DNA from: Amphiscolops sp. MND2022 | Lineage: Eukaryota | Assembly: GCA_964187785.1 (NCBI GenBank) | Contig: OZ076409.1 | Location: 9,612,001-9,676,000, forward strand | Direction: 5' to 3' | Length of the DNA stretch: 64,000 bases | Shown: positions 20,795 to 33,450 of the stretch, piece by piece | Position numbering within the stretch: position 1 is the stretch's first letter | Layout of the letters: each line of letters opens with the position of its first letter | Position numbers and translations under genes: made by a program | Notes under the pieces: generated by a model | The model's input: only the letters and a program-made list of their open reading frames with translations | Told to the model about the DNA's origin: nothing | Databases searched by the model: none

Positions 20795-23700
20795 CTAGTA
20801 TCTGTATTCATCAGAAAAGTTGGGGTTGGGGCTAGGTCGAAAAGAATTTTTCCCTCCTCTAGGGCTAGAATTCCGGGCACGGTGAAATCTGCGCCTCCAT
20901 TTGGAGCGATTTCCGTGTTGTCTAAATCATTAGAGACGTTATTTTCATTTTCTGTCCGACTAGGCGATTAATCTAGCGGGGACGTCGCGTCTCGGCTGTT
21001 GGTCGGTCTCGGCTTTATTTGATTCTCGTTGACGTCACTTGCAATCGCTTGTTCACCGCTGCGTTTTTCATCTTCATCCGAGCTGCAGCGTTCATCTTCG
21101 GTGACGTAATAGTCCACTGCGCCGCTTGTGGCGTCGTTCGGCAGACGCGTGGCCGTGTCCGGCCAATCATCTTTTCTCGTTTCAAATGAGTCGTAGTCAA
21201 AGTCTACTTCCCATGAAATAGTATACAGATCGTCTTGCGGTATTACTATCTCCTCGTCGGGCTGTAGCTTTTCGCGAGAGTAGTTGTTCTGTAAGGGTGT
21301 ATTATGTACAAATTTTTTCAGTCTAATCCGGTGTAGTATTTGCGTTTTATTAGTATTAACCTGTCGCACGATGTAGTTATCGTTTGTTAGGACTTTTTGA
21401 ATGATGAAACGTCCAATCCATCGGTATTCTCTAAATGGAATTTTTGATGATTGGGTGTCAGCTTTAGGTTGTGATATAAAACAATAATGTTTTTCTTTAA
21501 GCGGAACAGCTTTGGCCTTTCTGTCATAGTAGTCTTTGTATTTCAAATAGGCCTGCATGATAATCTTTTGGTTTGATCTATGAGGACTCGTGTCCTGTTT
21601 TGTACTTCTTCTGCAAATTCTGTAGTTGGCAAGAAATTTTTTGTTGGGATTGTTTCCCAATTTATGATCTAGGACGTTGAAGGGAGTTCGGCCATGAAAG
21701 ACTTTACTTGGCTCGCATCCAATACTAGAATGGTAAGTAGTATTATAGTTGAGCACAGCTAATGGCAGGTATTTATGCCATTATCGTCGATATTCCCCTG
21801 AAGCCAATTTTAAATTTGTTTTAAGTGAGGCATGCGTCCTTTATAGTTTGCCAATGGTCTGCGGATGTTTAGTTGTGGCGCATCTAAGTGTTATGCCCAA
21901 CCAAAATTTTAGTAATTTCTGCTATAATTATGAAGGTAAACGCGGACCCTTTGTCCGTGATGACGGTTGTTGGCAGGTATGAATGTTTTGTCATGATATC
22001 AATTATCACTTTCGCTACATTTGCGGCAGTTGCCTCAATTAGCGGGTAGGCAACTAAGTATCTCGAAAAGACGTCAATCGCTGTTATCACCGTTTGGTAT
22101 CCTCTACTAGCGGGTAAGTTTTGTAGCAAGTCAATTTGCATAGCATCTTCTGGTCCAAGGTCCCATTCGGGCAAATTAGGGAGTTCCGGTGTTATTGCGT
22201 TGTTCGGGACGCGCTTGTCCTTGGCACATATCTCGCATCCTTCAACCCACTTTTGACATGTTTTGCTATCCCTGGGTCAGTAGTATTTTTGTCGTATTTC
22301 CTGTAGCATTTTTGAAATGCCTGGGTGTCGATGTGCCGTGCCGTGTAATGCTTGCAATAGTTCTTTCAGTAAATTTTTTGGCAGTAGAATTTGGTGATAT
22401 TTAACTTGTCCAGTTTCATCATAGTATTGTCGTGTTATAACTTCATCTTTCAGGACTAGACGGTCAAAATTATGGAGGTAATGTTTGTACCAAATATCTT
22501 GTTGAAATATTTCCTCTGAATATCCCTCCTGTTGGGTTTTTGATTTCAGTTGTCGTAGCGTCTGATCTTTAGATTGCTCTAGTATTATTTGGTTTGTTCG
22601 TCGTAGTTTCCGAGTGAAATTGGTGATTTCCTCCACAGAATTTTCCGTAATTGCATCAATGTGGATTATTGGCTCAGAGACCTTGAGTCCCTTTTGGGAT
22701 TGTTTTTTCCGTTCCCAAATCTGTTCTTCCGTTTCATTGTCTTCTTCAGTGAAAAAGACTTGTTCTTCTTCGGACACTCCGATTGGACGTTAACTTCAAT
22801 TGGTTGTGTATCCACGTCCTCACGTATTTTCAGGACTATTTTTTTCGTAGGGTCCATTTCCATGTGGGACAGGTAATCCGCAGCTGTGGTATTATTACCT
22901 GGAATGTGAGCTATTGTGTAGTTGAATTGGATCACAAAATCACAAGCGTTCCAGAGTGGCGGTGGTATTATCTTTGTCTGGACGAACCTTGTGACCGATT
23001 CATTATCCGTGAGGATGATTACTGGTTTGGGTGGTCTCCAGAAGATGTGTCCGAATTCCTTGAACGCGTAATATATTGCTAGGAAATCCTTTGCATGTAT
23101 TGACATTTTGAGCTGAGAAGGTGTGAAAGTTTTTGATCCATAACTATTGGCTTATAGGATTTTTTGACGGACGTGAATTTCTGGTTTGAGTCGTCTTCGG
23201 TCAGAATGGCGTAACCGGCGGCCGTAAAACTTGCATCGGTCATAAGGACCAATTGTTTGTTTGGTAACGGTTGTTTCAGTGCTAATTGACTACACCTGTC
23301 TAGGTCTCTGTTGATCTCATTGAACTGTTCTACTAGTTCTGTTGTCACCAGGACCTTTTCGTCTTTTTTGAGGAGTTGGAAGAATGGAACTAATTTTTCG
23401 GATAATCTCGGTATGTATTTCATATAGTACTTGAGGAAGCCAAGATAACGTTGTAAGGCCTTCTTGGACTTTGGAAATTTCGTTTTTTCCAAGGAATTAG
23501 TAATTCTTTCCTTTTGGGGTTCGACTCCTTCAGGGGTAAATGTTCTTCCTAGGAAGTCAATTTCAGTGGCCCCAAAGTGGCACTTGTGCATGGTTAGTTT
23601 CAATCCCGCTTCTATAATGCATTGGAATGTTGCTCGTAAGTTGGCGATGAGTTGGTTGGCGTCTATTGCCGCAACGCCAATCAATATCGTCTACAAGTTG

Positions 23701-24400
23701 AGCGCATTGGTCGGCTTTTATAACACGATCCAGATATTCTCTCAAAAAACTGGAGAAGGCCGATAGGGCTCGGCTGAGTCCTTGAGCTAATCTCCTGTAT
23801 GCAAATGTCCTGCTGGCGAAGTTAAAAGCTAGCATTTCAATGGATTTCTGGTCCGCCATGGGCAGACAATGGTAAGCTTGTGAACAGTCGAGTTTGCAAA
23901 ATTTTTTTGCCGGCCATGTGTTGCGCATCATCCGTCAAGGTGCTGACTGGGTGGTTGTTATTGACGTAATCATCTGAGATCAGATTATTAATTTTTCTCA
24001 AATCCACCAACACTCTCAGTTTTCCATTGGGTTTTTTCTGCGCAAATATGGGACTGGCATACTTTGAGAATGATAATGTCGTTATAATGCCATATTTGTG
24101 AAGTAGTGCCAGTTCGACCAATATGTCCTCTTTGAGGTTGACCGGAGTAGGTAGGCTCTGACTGTAAGCAGGTGATTCGTCCTTTGGGGTCAATTTGACT
24201 GTAAATTTTTCTTTGACGCCAATGTCAAATCTATGGCGTGCGAAAATATCATGGAATTCTACTAATAGAGTTTCTATTTGTCTGATCTCATGCTGTTGTA
24301 GCATTGAGTCTTTCCAGTCAAAATTGCCGAGGAATTTCCGGCGGGATTCTGCGTCGTCATGCTGTTTGAGTTGTTCTAAATCTTGCAAGTCTCGTAATTC
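20795..24400 (-). pseudogene. pol: Gypsy-B pol (RT, RNase H, integrase), many frameshifts and stops; 5' part missing
   Basis: Fragments ARHRFDIG, YASPIF, KLDCSQAYH, LVDD, LMTDASF, HRHPG, QIDL, TDKGSAF and YRWIG, clearly paralogous to Gypsy-A pol. Confidence 0.95.
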
Positions 24401-24419
24401 TCAAGAAAAGTCTCGTAAT

Positions 24420-27400
24420 TCAAGAAAGGAAGCGGACCGGAAGACCCACAACAGAAGGCGGAGGCGAACTCTGCAGTTTGCCCATTAAAGAGCAGTGGAA
24501 TTCTACCCGTTATACCTGTCATCATCCAAATTGGAAAGAAGCAAGAATCGACCTTGGCGTTGAGTGACTCTGGAGCGAGCCTATCGTTCATAAACAAGAT
24601 GTTAGCTGACAAGTTAAATGCTCACGGGGAATAAAATTGACCTGAGTGTGGCTGGAATACATGGGACAAATGATGTCAATTGTGAACCATTCACTGTGGG
24701 AATTCGTGGCAAGGCAATGAGCGACACACACCAAATGACAGTTTACACTCATCCAAACATAGAATCGGAACAAAGATCTACAACTATCAGGAGCTCAAAC
24801 TTGCCTATCCCCATTTGTCGGTTCTAAGCGAAGGAACATTGAAACTCAAAGATGTAAAAATGATATTGGGACAAAAGTGCTACCATATACATCGGCCTGT
24901 GAATTCAAAAGCTGCGCGCATGGTGAGCCTTGGGCAGTGAAAACGAAACTTGGATAGACTCTCTGAACAGCTCGCGTAACAGCCTCTGAAGATGATGCAC
25001 CGGCAGAACAGATAAAAACGTGGTGGGACATAGAATCCTATGCATCTCGCTGCGATGTGTCTGGAAGGTCCAAGGAAGATGAGAAAGACTTGCAGATGCT
25101 AGAACAAACCACAAAGTTCGATGGTGAAAGATACGAAGTCGGTCTTCTCTTGACCTCTCTTGCCGAACAATTGACCTCTCTTGCCGAGTAATTATTCTTC
25201 TGCATTAAGCCAATTGAAATCGTTGGAGAATAGACTTGAAAAGAAACCGGAGTTGAAGAAACTCTATCAAGACTCTATCAAAATAGATGTTGAAAAGGAA
25301 TTCGTCAGAATCTTAAAGCAGGAAGAAGTAGAAGCTACAAAATTGGAAAGACAGTGGTATGTTCCACATCACCCAGTAGAAAATCCAAACAAACCAGGAA
25401 AAGTGAGGCGAGTGTGCAACGCAGCCTCCAAAATCCGTGGAGTTTCCTTGAACGATAACCTCCTGACGGGGCCGGACCTACATCAGAATCTGATTGGAAT
25501 AATCTTCAGGTTTAGAGAACAAAGGATCGCCATCACTGCCGACATTGAGGCGATGTTCCTCTAAGTGAAAGTACCGCCGGAAGATTGTAAATTGTTGAGA
25601 TTTCTATGGAGAGACAATCCGAATGAACCCGTTAAGGTGTACGAGTATGGAAGACATATCTTCGGAGCCAAAAGTTCGCCAACTTGCGCCAATTATTCTC
25701 TGCAACAAGTTGCAAGAGAGAACGCACAGAAGTCCCCACAAATTACTAAACTAATGCGAAACTTCTATATGGATGACTTTGTCAAGTCTGTTCCCAGCGC
25801 TGAGCAAGCTATTGAAATCTACAAACTGTTGCGAGCAATGTTGACAAAGAGAGGCTTTCAGTTGACAAAATGGATTAGCAACTGCGAACAGAATAGAATA
25901 TGACATCTATCGACCAAGAAGCCAAGTCACTGTCCTCTAGTACAACCTTCGAGGCTGAACAGACTTCTCCATCCATCTTGGGACTGCAATGGAACGTTGA
26001 TAGAGATAATTTGGAAGTCTGCAGAGGCATGCAGAAGGAGATACCGGTGAAGATAACTCAACGAGCGGTGTTATCCCATGATTCAGCTGTGTTCGACTCT
26101 CTGGGAATAGTGTCTCCTTTTACTATCAGAACGCGACTGCTACTAAAATCAATATGGAAGGAGAACGGACAGTCAAGGGATAAAGAACTGAATGAAGAAA
26201 ATCGACATGCATTCAAGAAATGGGCATCAGAGATGATTCAGGTGAATCAATTGGTCCTTAAAAGAACATACTTCGAGTCTGGAGTGAACAAAGTTGATCT
26301 ACATATCTTCTCAGACGCTTCGTTGGAAGCAATGTGTATGGTTGCTTATTTGAGAAAGCAAGACAATGGCGAAGTGACCTTTGTCATAGGAAAATGTAGA
26401 GTAGCTCCAACTAGGAACAAGACAGTGGCCAAGTTGGAGATGCAGGCAGCAGTCTTTGGAGTAAGACTGCGTGAATTCATTTTAGATGAACAGGATATTG
26501 AAGTAGACCGAAACGTACACTGGACAGATTCAACAACGGTCCTACAATGGCTTCACGCAAGCAACAACAAGCAAACTGTGTTTGTAGCGAACAGAGTCGC
26601 AGAGATCCTTGAAAACTCAACTATAGACCAATGGCGACATGTGAAAGGAAAAATAAATCCTGCTGACATTGGAACTCGAGGAATGACAATTGAAGCCCCG
26701 AACGAGAGTGAGTGGCTCACAGGGCCGGCGTGGCTCACCGAGACAGAGGACGCTTGGCCTAAGGCGCCTGACAAATAGCAATTCAACATTCAAGAAGAGC
26801 AAGAACCAGTCATGGAAGCTGCGGTAATGGAACCAGCATTCAAATGGGAAAGATTTGGGTCTTTCAAGAAAATGATTCGAGTGCTGTCATACTGCCTTAG
26901 ATGGAGGAAAAAGAAATCCGAAGGAATTCTGACAGTTGAAGAACTCAATGCGGCAAAGCTGGCAATTTTGAAACGTTGTCAGAATGAAAGTTTTCATGAT
27001 GCCTACGAGAAGATCTGTAAAGGGCAGCCGTTACCGGCATCAGATCAATTGAATAAAATATCTCCGTTTCTCGATGAAAACGGATTGCTGCGACTATAAG
27101 GCCGACTGCAGCATTCAAGATCAAGTTATGAGGTCAAACACCCAATCTTGTGGTCAGCAAAGCACTATGTAGTCATCAAGTTGATCATCATGTAGTCAAT
27201 GATTGAAGATGATCATCGAGCGACTTTTCATGAAGGCACAGAATACGTCAGAAGTGTTCTGAGGCAAGAATACTGGATTATTGGTTTGCGTAACGCTCTT
27301 AGGAGTGTCAAAGCGAAATGCGTTAAATGTAGAAAGCAACGAACGGGAGTGTCTCAACCATTCATGGCTGACTTACCACGAGAGAGGTTGCAGGAACAAG

Positions 27401-28321
27401 TGTTCACCTTTACCAACATTGGAGTTGATTGTTTTGGTCCGTTTGAAGTGATGTTCATGCGCAAGAATATGAAAAGATGGTGCTGTCTCTTCACCTGTAT
27501 GACGACTGGAGCAGAACACATCGAAGTTGTTCCATCTTTGGAAGCAGAATCCTGCTTAACTGCTATCACACGGTTTATTGCCCGGAGAGGCAAACCTGCT
27601 AAAATTCTGAGCAATAATGGGACGAACGTCGTGGGCGCAGCCAAAAAACGAGAGATTGTATAAATGCATGGAATCAGTCAGACATTGAGACGTCGCTGCT
27701 CAAAAGGACATCAAGTGGAAATTCAACCCTCCAGGAGCCCCTCATTTTGGAGGAATCTGGGAACGATTGGTTCGAAGTTGTAAAAAAGCGATGATAGCTG
27801 TAGTGGATGGACGATCCATGACAGACGACGTTCTCGTAACAACTATGTGCCTAGCAGAGCAAACGTTGAATGCTAGACCACTGACAAGTGTTAGTGATGA
27901 TCCCGAGGACTTGGAAGCTTTGACTCCAAATCATTTCTTACTGGGAAGGGCAAATTTAGCGACCCCTTTCCTACCAAACGCTCGACGTTACACTGATTTG
28001 AGACGAGTTTTTCGAGTGTCGCAAGCTTATTCAGATATGATCTGGACCACAGGGACTACAGAATATCTGCCGGAATGGAATGTGCGTAAGAAATGGAACA
28101 AAGATGACGTGAGACAGCGCTGAAAGTCAACGATTTTGTTTGGGTCGTGGAAGAAACGTTGAAGCGGTCCAACTACAAGATGGCGAGAGTATTGGAAATG
28201 CAAGAAGGAAGCGACGGCAGAGTTAGGTCTGCGACAGTGGTGACGAACCCAAAAGACCAGTAGTGAAACTGGTACACCCGTTCTATGAAAGTGTTTTTCG
28301 GTAGAAAAACAGGGCCGGCAA
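24420..28321 (+). mobile_element. BEL/Pao LTR retrotransposon remnant (protease, RT, RNase H, integrase), decayed, 5'-truncated
   Basis: Pao-type motifs LSDSGAS, WYVPHHPV..NKPGKVRRV, LNDNLLTGPDL, FYMDD, LHIFSDAS, WTDS, NPADIGTRG, GVDCFGP and LTPNHFLLG. Confidence 0.93.
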
Positions 28322-29154
28322 TGTTGGCTCCAGTCATGAGAAGGCAGAGAAAGTCAATTTGGAACATCGTGGTTACGAAACAAGACTTAAACTTACATGA
28401 AAAATTGAAGAAAATCCAATCGTCACAAATCTTTTTACCCCCCAAATGGGTTTTCTCAAAGTCATAGAGCCTTGAAACTTGGCACACATATGCAGATACC
28501 TAACACTAACACACCAGTTAAGTTTCAAGGTCATCCGCCCATAATATTCCCCTTTACCCCTCACATGTGTAGTGTTCTTAGAGCCGAAAATGTAAACTTT
28601 ATTATTTACTCTTATGACCCACTTAGAATGTAACTCTGTTGCATTTGATGATATTTACACTGTGTAAACATACCTTCTAACTCACCTAACAACCATGCCA
28701 GAACCACCACATTGTTTGTTTACTGAGCCAATAACTTCATATTATGCTTTAAATGTCATTTATTTATACTTCATATTTCAACTCATATTTACCGAATGTT
28801 TGTAAACGAGATGTATACCATTGTTAGATAGGCACAAATGTTTGGAAAGCTGTATTAAAGTCGGGTCTCAGGACCACACATATTCTCAATTCTCAATATA
28901 TATACACCTCTTTTCGACTTTCCGCCAAAGACTTAGGGCGATTAAGTTAGTTACTCTCAACTTGTGGAGAGAGAGTTGGACGTGTTAAGAGACAAGGGAG
29001 AAGTGCAATTCGGGATCATTGAATCCTACTAAGTCAAGATACAGTCCTTTTAATCTAAGAAGCAAGCACTGTTCGGTAACGATCCGCAGTGGCGAGCACC
29101 GAGTTCAGGGCGGCGTAAAGTTTGGTCAAGTGAATCGATCAAGCAGCCGTTACA
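28322..29154. repeat. LTR-like segment: BEL 3' LTR and/or a separate solo LTR at 28568-29154
   Basis: TGT follows the purine-rich AGAAAAACAGGG..GGCAA. The segment ends TTACA exactly where Gypsy-B LTR homology resumes. There is no second copy in the window to confirm it. Confidence 0.4.
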
Positions 29155-29770
29155 ATTTCTAAACCCATTGTTCATTTCAGCGTCTTCCTGGCTATTAGGA
29201 GACGAACCGGCCTCAGTGTCTCGGTTCCTTGAGGATGAAATTAAGCTCACTATATTTTGAATTTCTGGAATTACTCTTTCGGTTGTCGCTATGCTAATCG
29301 CCCTGTTTATCTGGCTATGCATTAATGACATCGTAGAATCCATTTTTTGCAAAAGTCTCATGTTAAATTCGCTAGTGAACGTTTCTAATATTTCTTGAAC
29401 CTTATCATGCCTGGGAATTGCATTTTCATGAGCATAATGTCCAAATTCATTTTCATGAGTCTCATACCGCAAAGATTGGAAATTGGACTCACTGTCTTGA
29501 TCGTTTGTCACAGTTCCAATCATGTTTGAAAGTTCGCGTTCGATAGGATTGGTGTTTTCATTCCCAATCATTACATCCATATCAAAATCAGACATCATGT
29601 CCATTTCCTTTGACTTTCTAGCTTTGGCCTTTTGTTTTCTTGTGGAAGGCATTAAAGACAATTGCAAGAGGTAAGAATTGATTATCTTTAGGCTTGCAAA
29701 CAGAACAAGATCAATTGAAAGGCTGCATATATTATCAAATTGTGTCCCCCGGTCCAAGAATCCGGTATAT
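29155..29770 (-). repeat. Gypsy-B 5' LTR (partial) with gag start (ATG at 29652, MPSTRKQKAKARK)
   Basis: Direct repeat of ~14165-14785. Confidence 0.8.
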
Positions 29771-29970
29771 NNNNNNNNNNNNNNNNNNNNNNNNNNNNNN
29801 NNNNNNNNNNNNNNNNNNNNNNNNNNNNNNNNNNNNNNNNNNNNNNNNNNNNNNNNNNNNNNNNNNNNNNNNNNNNNNNNNNNNNNNNNNNNNNNNNNNN
29901 NNNNNNNNNNNNNNNNNNNNNNNNNNNNNNNNNNNNNNNNNNNNNNNNNNNNNNNNNNNNNNNNNNNNNN
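29771..29970. other. Assembly gap (200 N)
   Basis: Run of n. Confidence 1.
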
Positions 29971-30069
29971 GTAGCTGGTGTTGGAGGGGAACCTGAAATG
30001 CAAGTTCATGCCATCTAAGCTGGATCGTTTAGATTTCTGCTTTACTACTGAATTCAACAAAAACATCTT

Positions 30070-30233
30070 TTCAAAAATGTCGGGCTTTTGTTAATGTTGT
30101 GATCAGAAATCACAACATATAGTCACGCTAGCCCAGTATTCTGTGATTTTAAAGAGGCTCTCAGTTAGGGGATCACATAGTGTCGCCCATAACAAGACCC
30201 ACGCCGAGAACGTGGCCTCTGAAGGGTCTCAAA
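30070..30233 (+). repeat. ~160-bp dispersed repeat; other copies at ~50297-50462 (+) and ~38590-38695 (-)
   Basis: Shared core GAGGCTCTCAGTTAGGGGATCACATAGTGTCGCCCATAACAAGACCCAC...GGTCTCAAA. Confidence 0.9.
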
Positions 30234-30405
30234 CAGTGGTTTTAAAATCGATTAGTTGCCAACTTTTACAATTATTTTTCACAATATAAACGTATGAATA
30301 ATCACAGTTATCTCGAAGACGGCAAGGCCCGTGAAAATGGTAGACGCAAATTTGTATGTACATTTGTTGTGAAAACTGCTGATACATGTAAAATGGGACG
30401 CTCAA

Positions 30406-30714
30406 CAGGGGTTGTCAAAAATTAATTTTTGGGATACAATCAATTATCAAAGATTGCAATCAATTAATTTAATTTTAGAAAAAATAAATCCTTTAGTTGC
30501 AATTAATTGCAATTAATCGTTGTTATGCACAGCATTTTGAAACAAGTTCTTCGTCCCAAAATTTTTGTTTGTTTTCAAGAACAGCTACCTTTCTCAGTTC
30601 ATAGGTGTCATATTTTGGCGGAAATTAATTGCAATTGCTGGAAGTCTGCAATCAATTAAATGATTGCAATTATATGCATTTGATTTTTCTCCAATTAATT
30701 TTTGACAGCCCCTG
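30406..30714. mobile_element. hAT-type MITE
   Basis: TIRs CAGGGGTTGTCAAAAATTAATT / AATTAATTTTTGACAGCCCCTG. 8-bp TSD ACGCTCAA/ACGCTGAA. Confidence 0.9.
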
Positions 30715-31102
30715 ACGCTGAATTCTTTTATTCACACTCACTGTTCAATTCTGTTATTAATTCTGTTCATTATGAAAATGCAAATTCAGCAAAAATGGGG
30801 AAGGGTAAAAGTCCGAACAAATCGCAACATCCCTCATTAACTGGAAAACATTTCGTTTGTATTTGCATCTGATTGGCCCATGTTATAACAATTTTTTTAT
30901 AATATGTTTGTTATAACATGTTTCAATTTCATTTCAATTTTTTTAAAACTTGTAACACAAAAAATTTTTGCTCACATTTGATTGGCTGTCGCATTCGCCA
31001 ATGAGTATTTTCGTTAAAATGAGATAATTTTTTTTCTTTTAACACCACTGTCCGTAAACGAATTAGTACAATGAATTTACAAAATCTACAAAATTTACAG
31101 AA

Positions 31103-31312
31103 CTAAGAATATAAAACATTATCTACATGTAATCTACATAAAGGACATTTAAGTACATTTACAAAACTAACTAAAAGGGTATCTAAACAGTCTCTACATA
31201 CTAAATGTAATCTATGTTTTTCATGCAAACTCTGTAATTCTACTGATCTATATTCATCTAAGCAAATTAAACAACTACTGTAATTCTTCTGGGGCGTTCG
31301 CTTGACCCTCAT
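31103..31312 (-). CDS. 69-aa RING-finger micro-protein (copy 1)
   Basis: CLIC...H..H..HLVCRDC...KCPLCR. Paralog at 50839-51048 keeps all putative Zn ligands. Confidence 0.7.
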   Translation of the reverse strand: MRVKRTPQKNYSSCLICLDEYRSVELQSLHEKHRLHLVCRDCLDTLLVSFVNVLKCPLCRLHVDNVLYS

Positions 31313-33360
31313 GCTCTTGACTCCTGAAACCTCGTGAAAAAATTAGTTGAGCACTCTGTATCGAACATCCGTTTTTTATACTTATAGTATATGTTTATAA
31401 ATATTTCTTCCTAAAAAATAATATTTATTAAATTATTAAATATTTTTTATTCTTAGATAATATAATAGTATTATTACTATTTCTTAGATTATATTTTAAT
31501 GATAATACTACTTTAATTATATATTATATGTTTTGTTGCTTTAGCTAATATCACTAATGTAGTAGTATTCAATTCGTCGACGTATCTTGATATATTGGTA
31601 ATATATTGATCGAAGTATCTTAAAATATTGAAATTCAAGTAGTAGTTACTTGAAATTAATTTTCCTGTAACGTTTATCGCCCTCTTACCCCTACCGATTA
31701 TTCCCCACCCCGGAAATCTTCGACAATACAATTTTCAACAATTGCAACATCTTTATCACAGTTACCATTTTAACGTTCTTACCTGTTGAACAGAATATCA
31801 ACAGAATAAAATTCAATATAACCAAGTAAATAAAATTTCAGAAACGCAATTCTGACTGGTTATTCTGATAAGAATTGAAAAAATTCTGTTTCACGCAAAT
31901 GTAGACCAAATAACATAAGGGCAATTCATAATTTAATTTAATGACAAGATTTAAAGACTTTTCATTTAATGACATTCATTTTATGACAGTTTCCTTGACG
32001 AATGACAATGGATTTCATTTTCAAATGACATTTCATTTAATGACAAATTCATTGACAAATGACAGTTGATTTCATCTTCAAAGGACTTTTCATTTAAGGA
32101 CAAGTTAATTTTTAGGATCTGTGAAACTCTTTTCAGAAAACCAATATTTTATAAAACTAAATTCGTTTCGGAATTGTGAATTTGTTTCAATTAACTGAAA
32201 TGAGTTTCACAAAACCTGAGATTTAAACTTGTTCACTGAATTGTGTTCGCTTTTGCTATTTGGTCATCATAGAAAAAGTAGATAATTCAATAGTGGAGAT
32301 AATTTTAAATTCGAATTGGTGTTTGCTTTGAAGGTGTTTGCTATTTGCTATTCAGACAATTGCAAGGCGAACGAAGAAATTGGAAATCCGTTTACGAACC
32401 ATGCCGGGACTGAACGAAATATTCACAATTTTTGTACGCGCTGTGATTAACGTAGAAAATTGAAATTGAGTACTTGTTTGCTCCTAATTAGTTGGTTTCT
32501 CTATGTTTCTGAAGTATCCCTATTGTCTAAAATAATAAAATTGAAAATTGTAGATTCACAAATAACTTGAGAGCAATGGTCATACTTTTAAAATTGGTGT
32601 GAATATTCAAATTCAAAAATTTCTCATTTTTCAAAATAACTCAAAATTTCCACAAATTTTAAACCAAAGCGGCAATTTAGAATCTTGACAAGCAAATCTT
32701 TTCCAAGCATCAGAATGGAAAATGCTCAGCATTTCGTTTTAATGAAAATAACATTTAAAAAAAATGCAAGTCTAGTGTCACATAAATTTACCATCATTTG
32801 ATTTGGGGTATTAGTGGAAGGGATGTAAAAACGTAGTTCATGGCAAAATAACTGCCCTCTCAAAGACATCTCTCTATGGCTATTAAATCCCCGAAAATAT
32901 AAATAGAAACAATCCTTTCCAAGTGTTTTTGATTCAAACTTGCAATTAATCTGCAAAAAATTCAAACAATTAGCAATAGCGATCAAAATGAAAATGCAAA
33001 CGAAGATATTAGACGCCCCCCGTTCAGAATTGTACCCTTAAAAGTACCAAAAGGTCCCCTTTCTAGGTTTTCACCCATGTTTGCCCGCATGTTTTTAGCC
33101 ATGTTTTTAACGACCCCCCCTGTTAAGAAACTCCGCCTCCCCGTTGAGAAAAAATTTTGCATTTTTTATTGCTGTAGAAATTGTATATCAGTTTATATGT
33201 AGTTTCAGTCAGAATTCAAAATGCAAGTCTTTTTTCTTTCCATATGTTCTGGGAAATATTACAAAGAATGAAAGTAAAACTTTTTTTTATACAATAACAA
33301 AATATATACAATTGAAAAATAAATAAAATTTGTTCATTTGAAAAAGTTTTATAGGGTCTT

Positions 33361-33450
33361 CTGCAGGTGGATCGAGCTCTCATTTCTGCAGGTCGATCGA
33401 GCTCTCATTTCTGCAGGTCGATCAGGCTCTCAAATCTGCAGGTCGATCAC
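33361..33450. repeat. Short tandem repeat (~25-bp unit CTGCAGGTCGATCGAGCTCTCATTT, ~3.5 copies)
   Basis: Directly visible. Confidence 0.85.

Larger units (their letters stand above)
14098..29770 (-). mobile_element. Second, decayed Ty3/Gypsy element 'Gypsy-B', interrupted by BEL/Pao; 5' end in the assembly gap
   Basis: Paired LTR-like repeats (~14165-14785 vs 29155-29770; about 94% identical over the ~200 bp compared). Also a frameshifted pol and an antisense accessory pseudogene. Confidence 0.82.

Noticed and set aside
29050..30066. 338-aa and other X-containing ORFs
   Set aside because: They are artefacts of reading through the 200-N gap.
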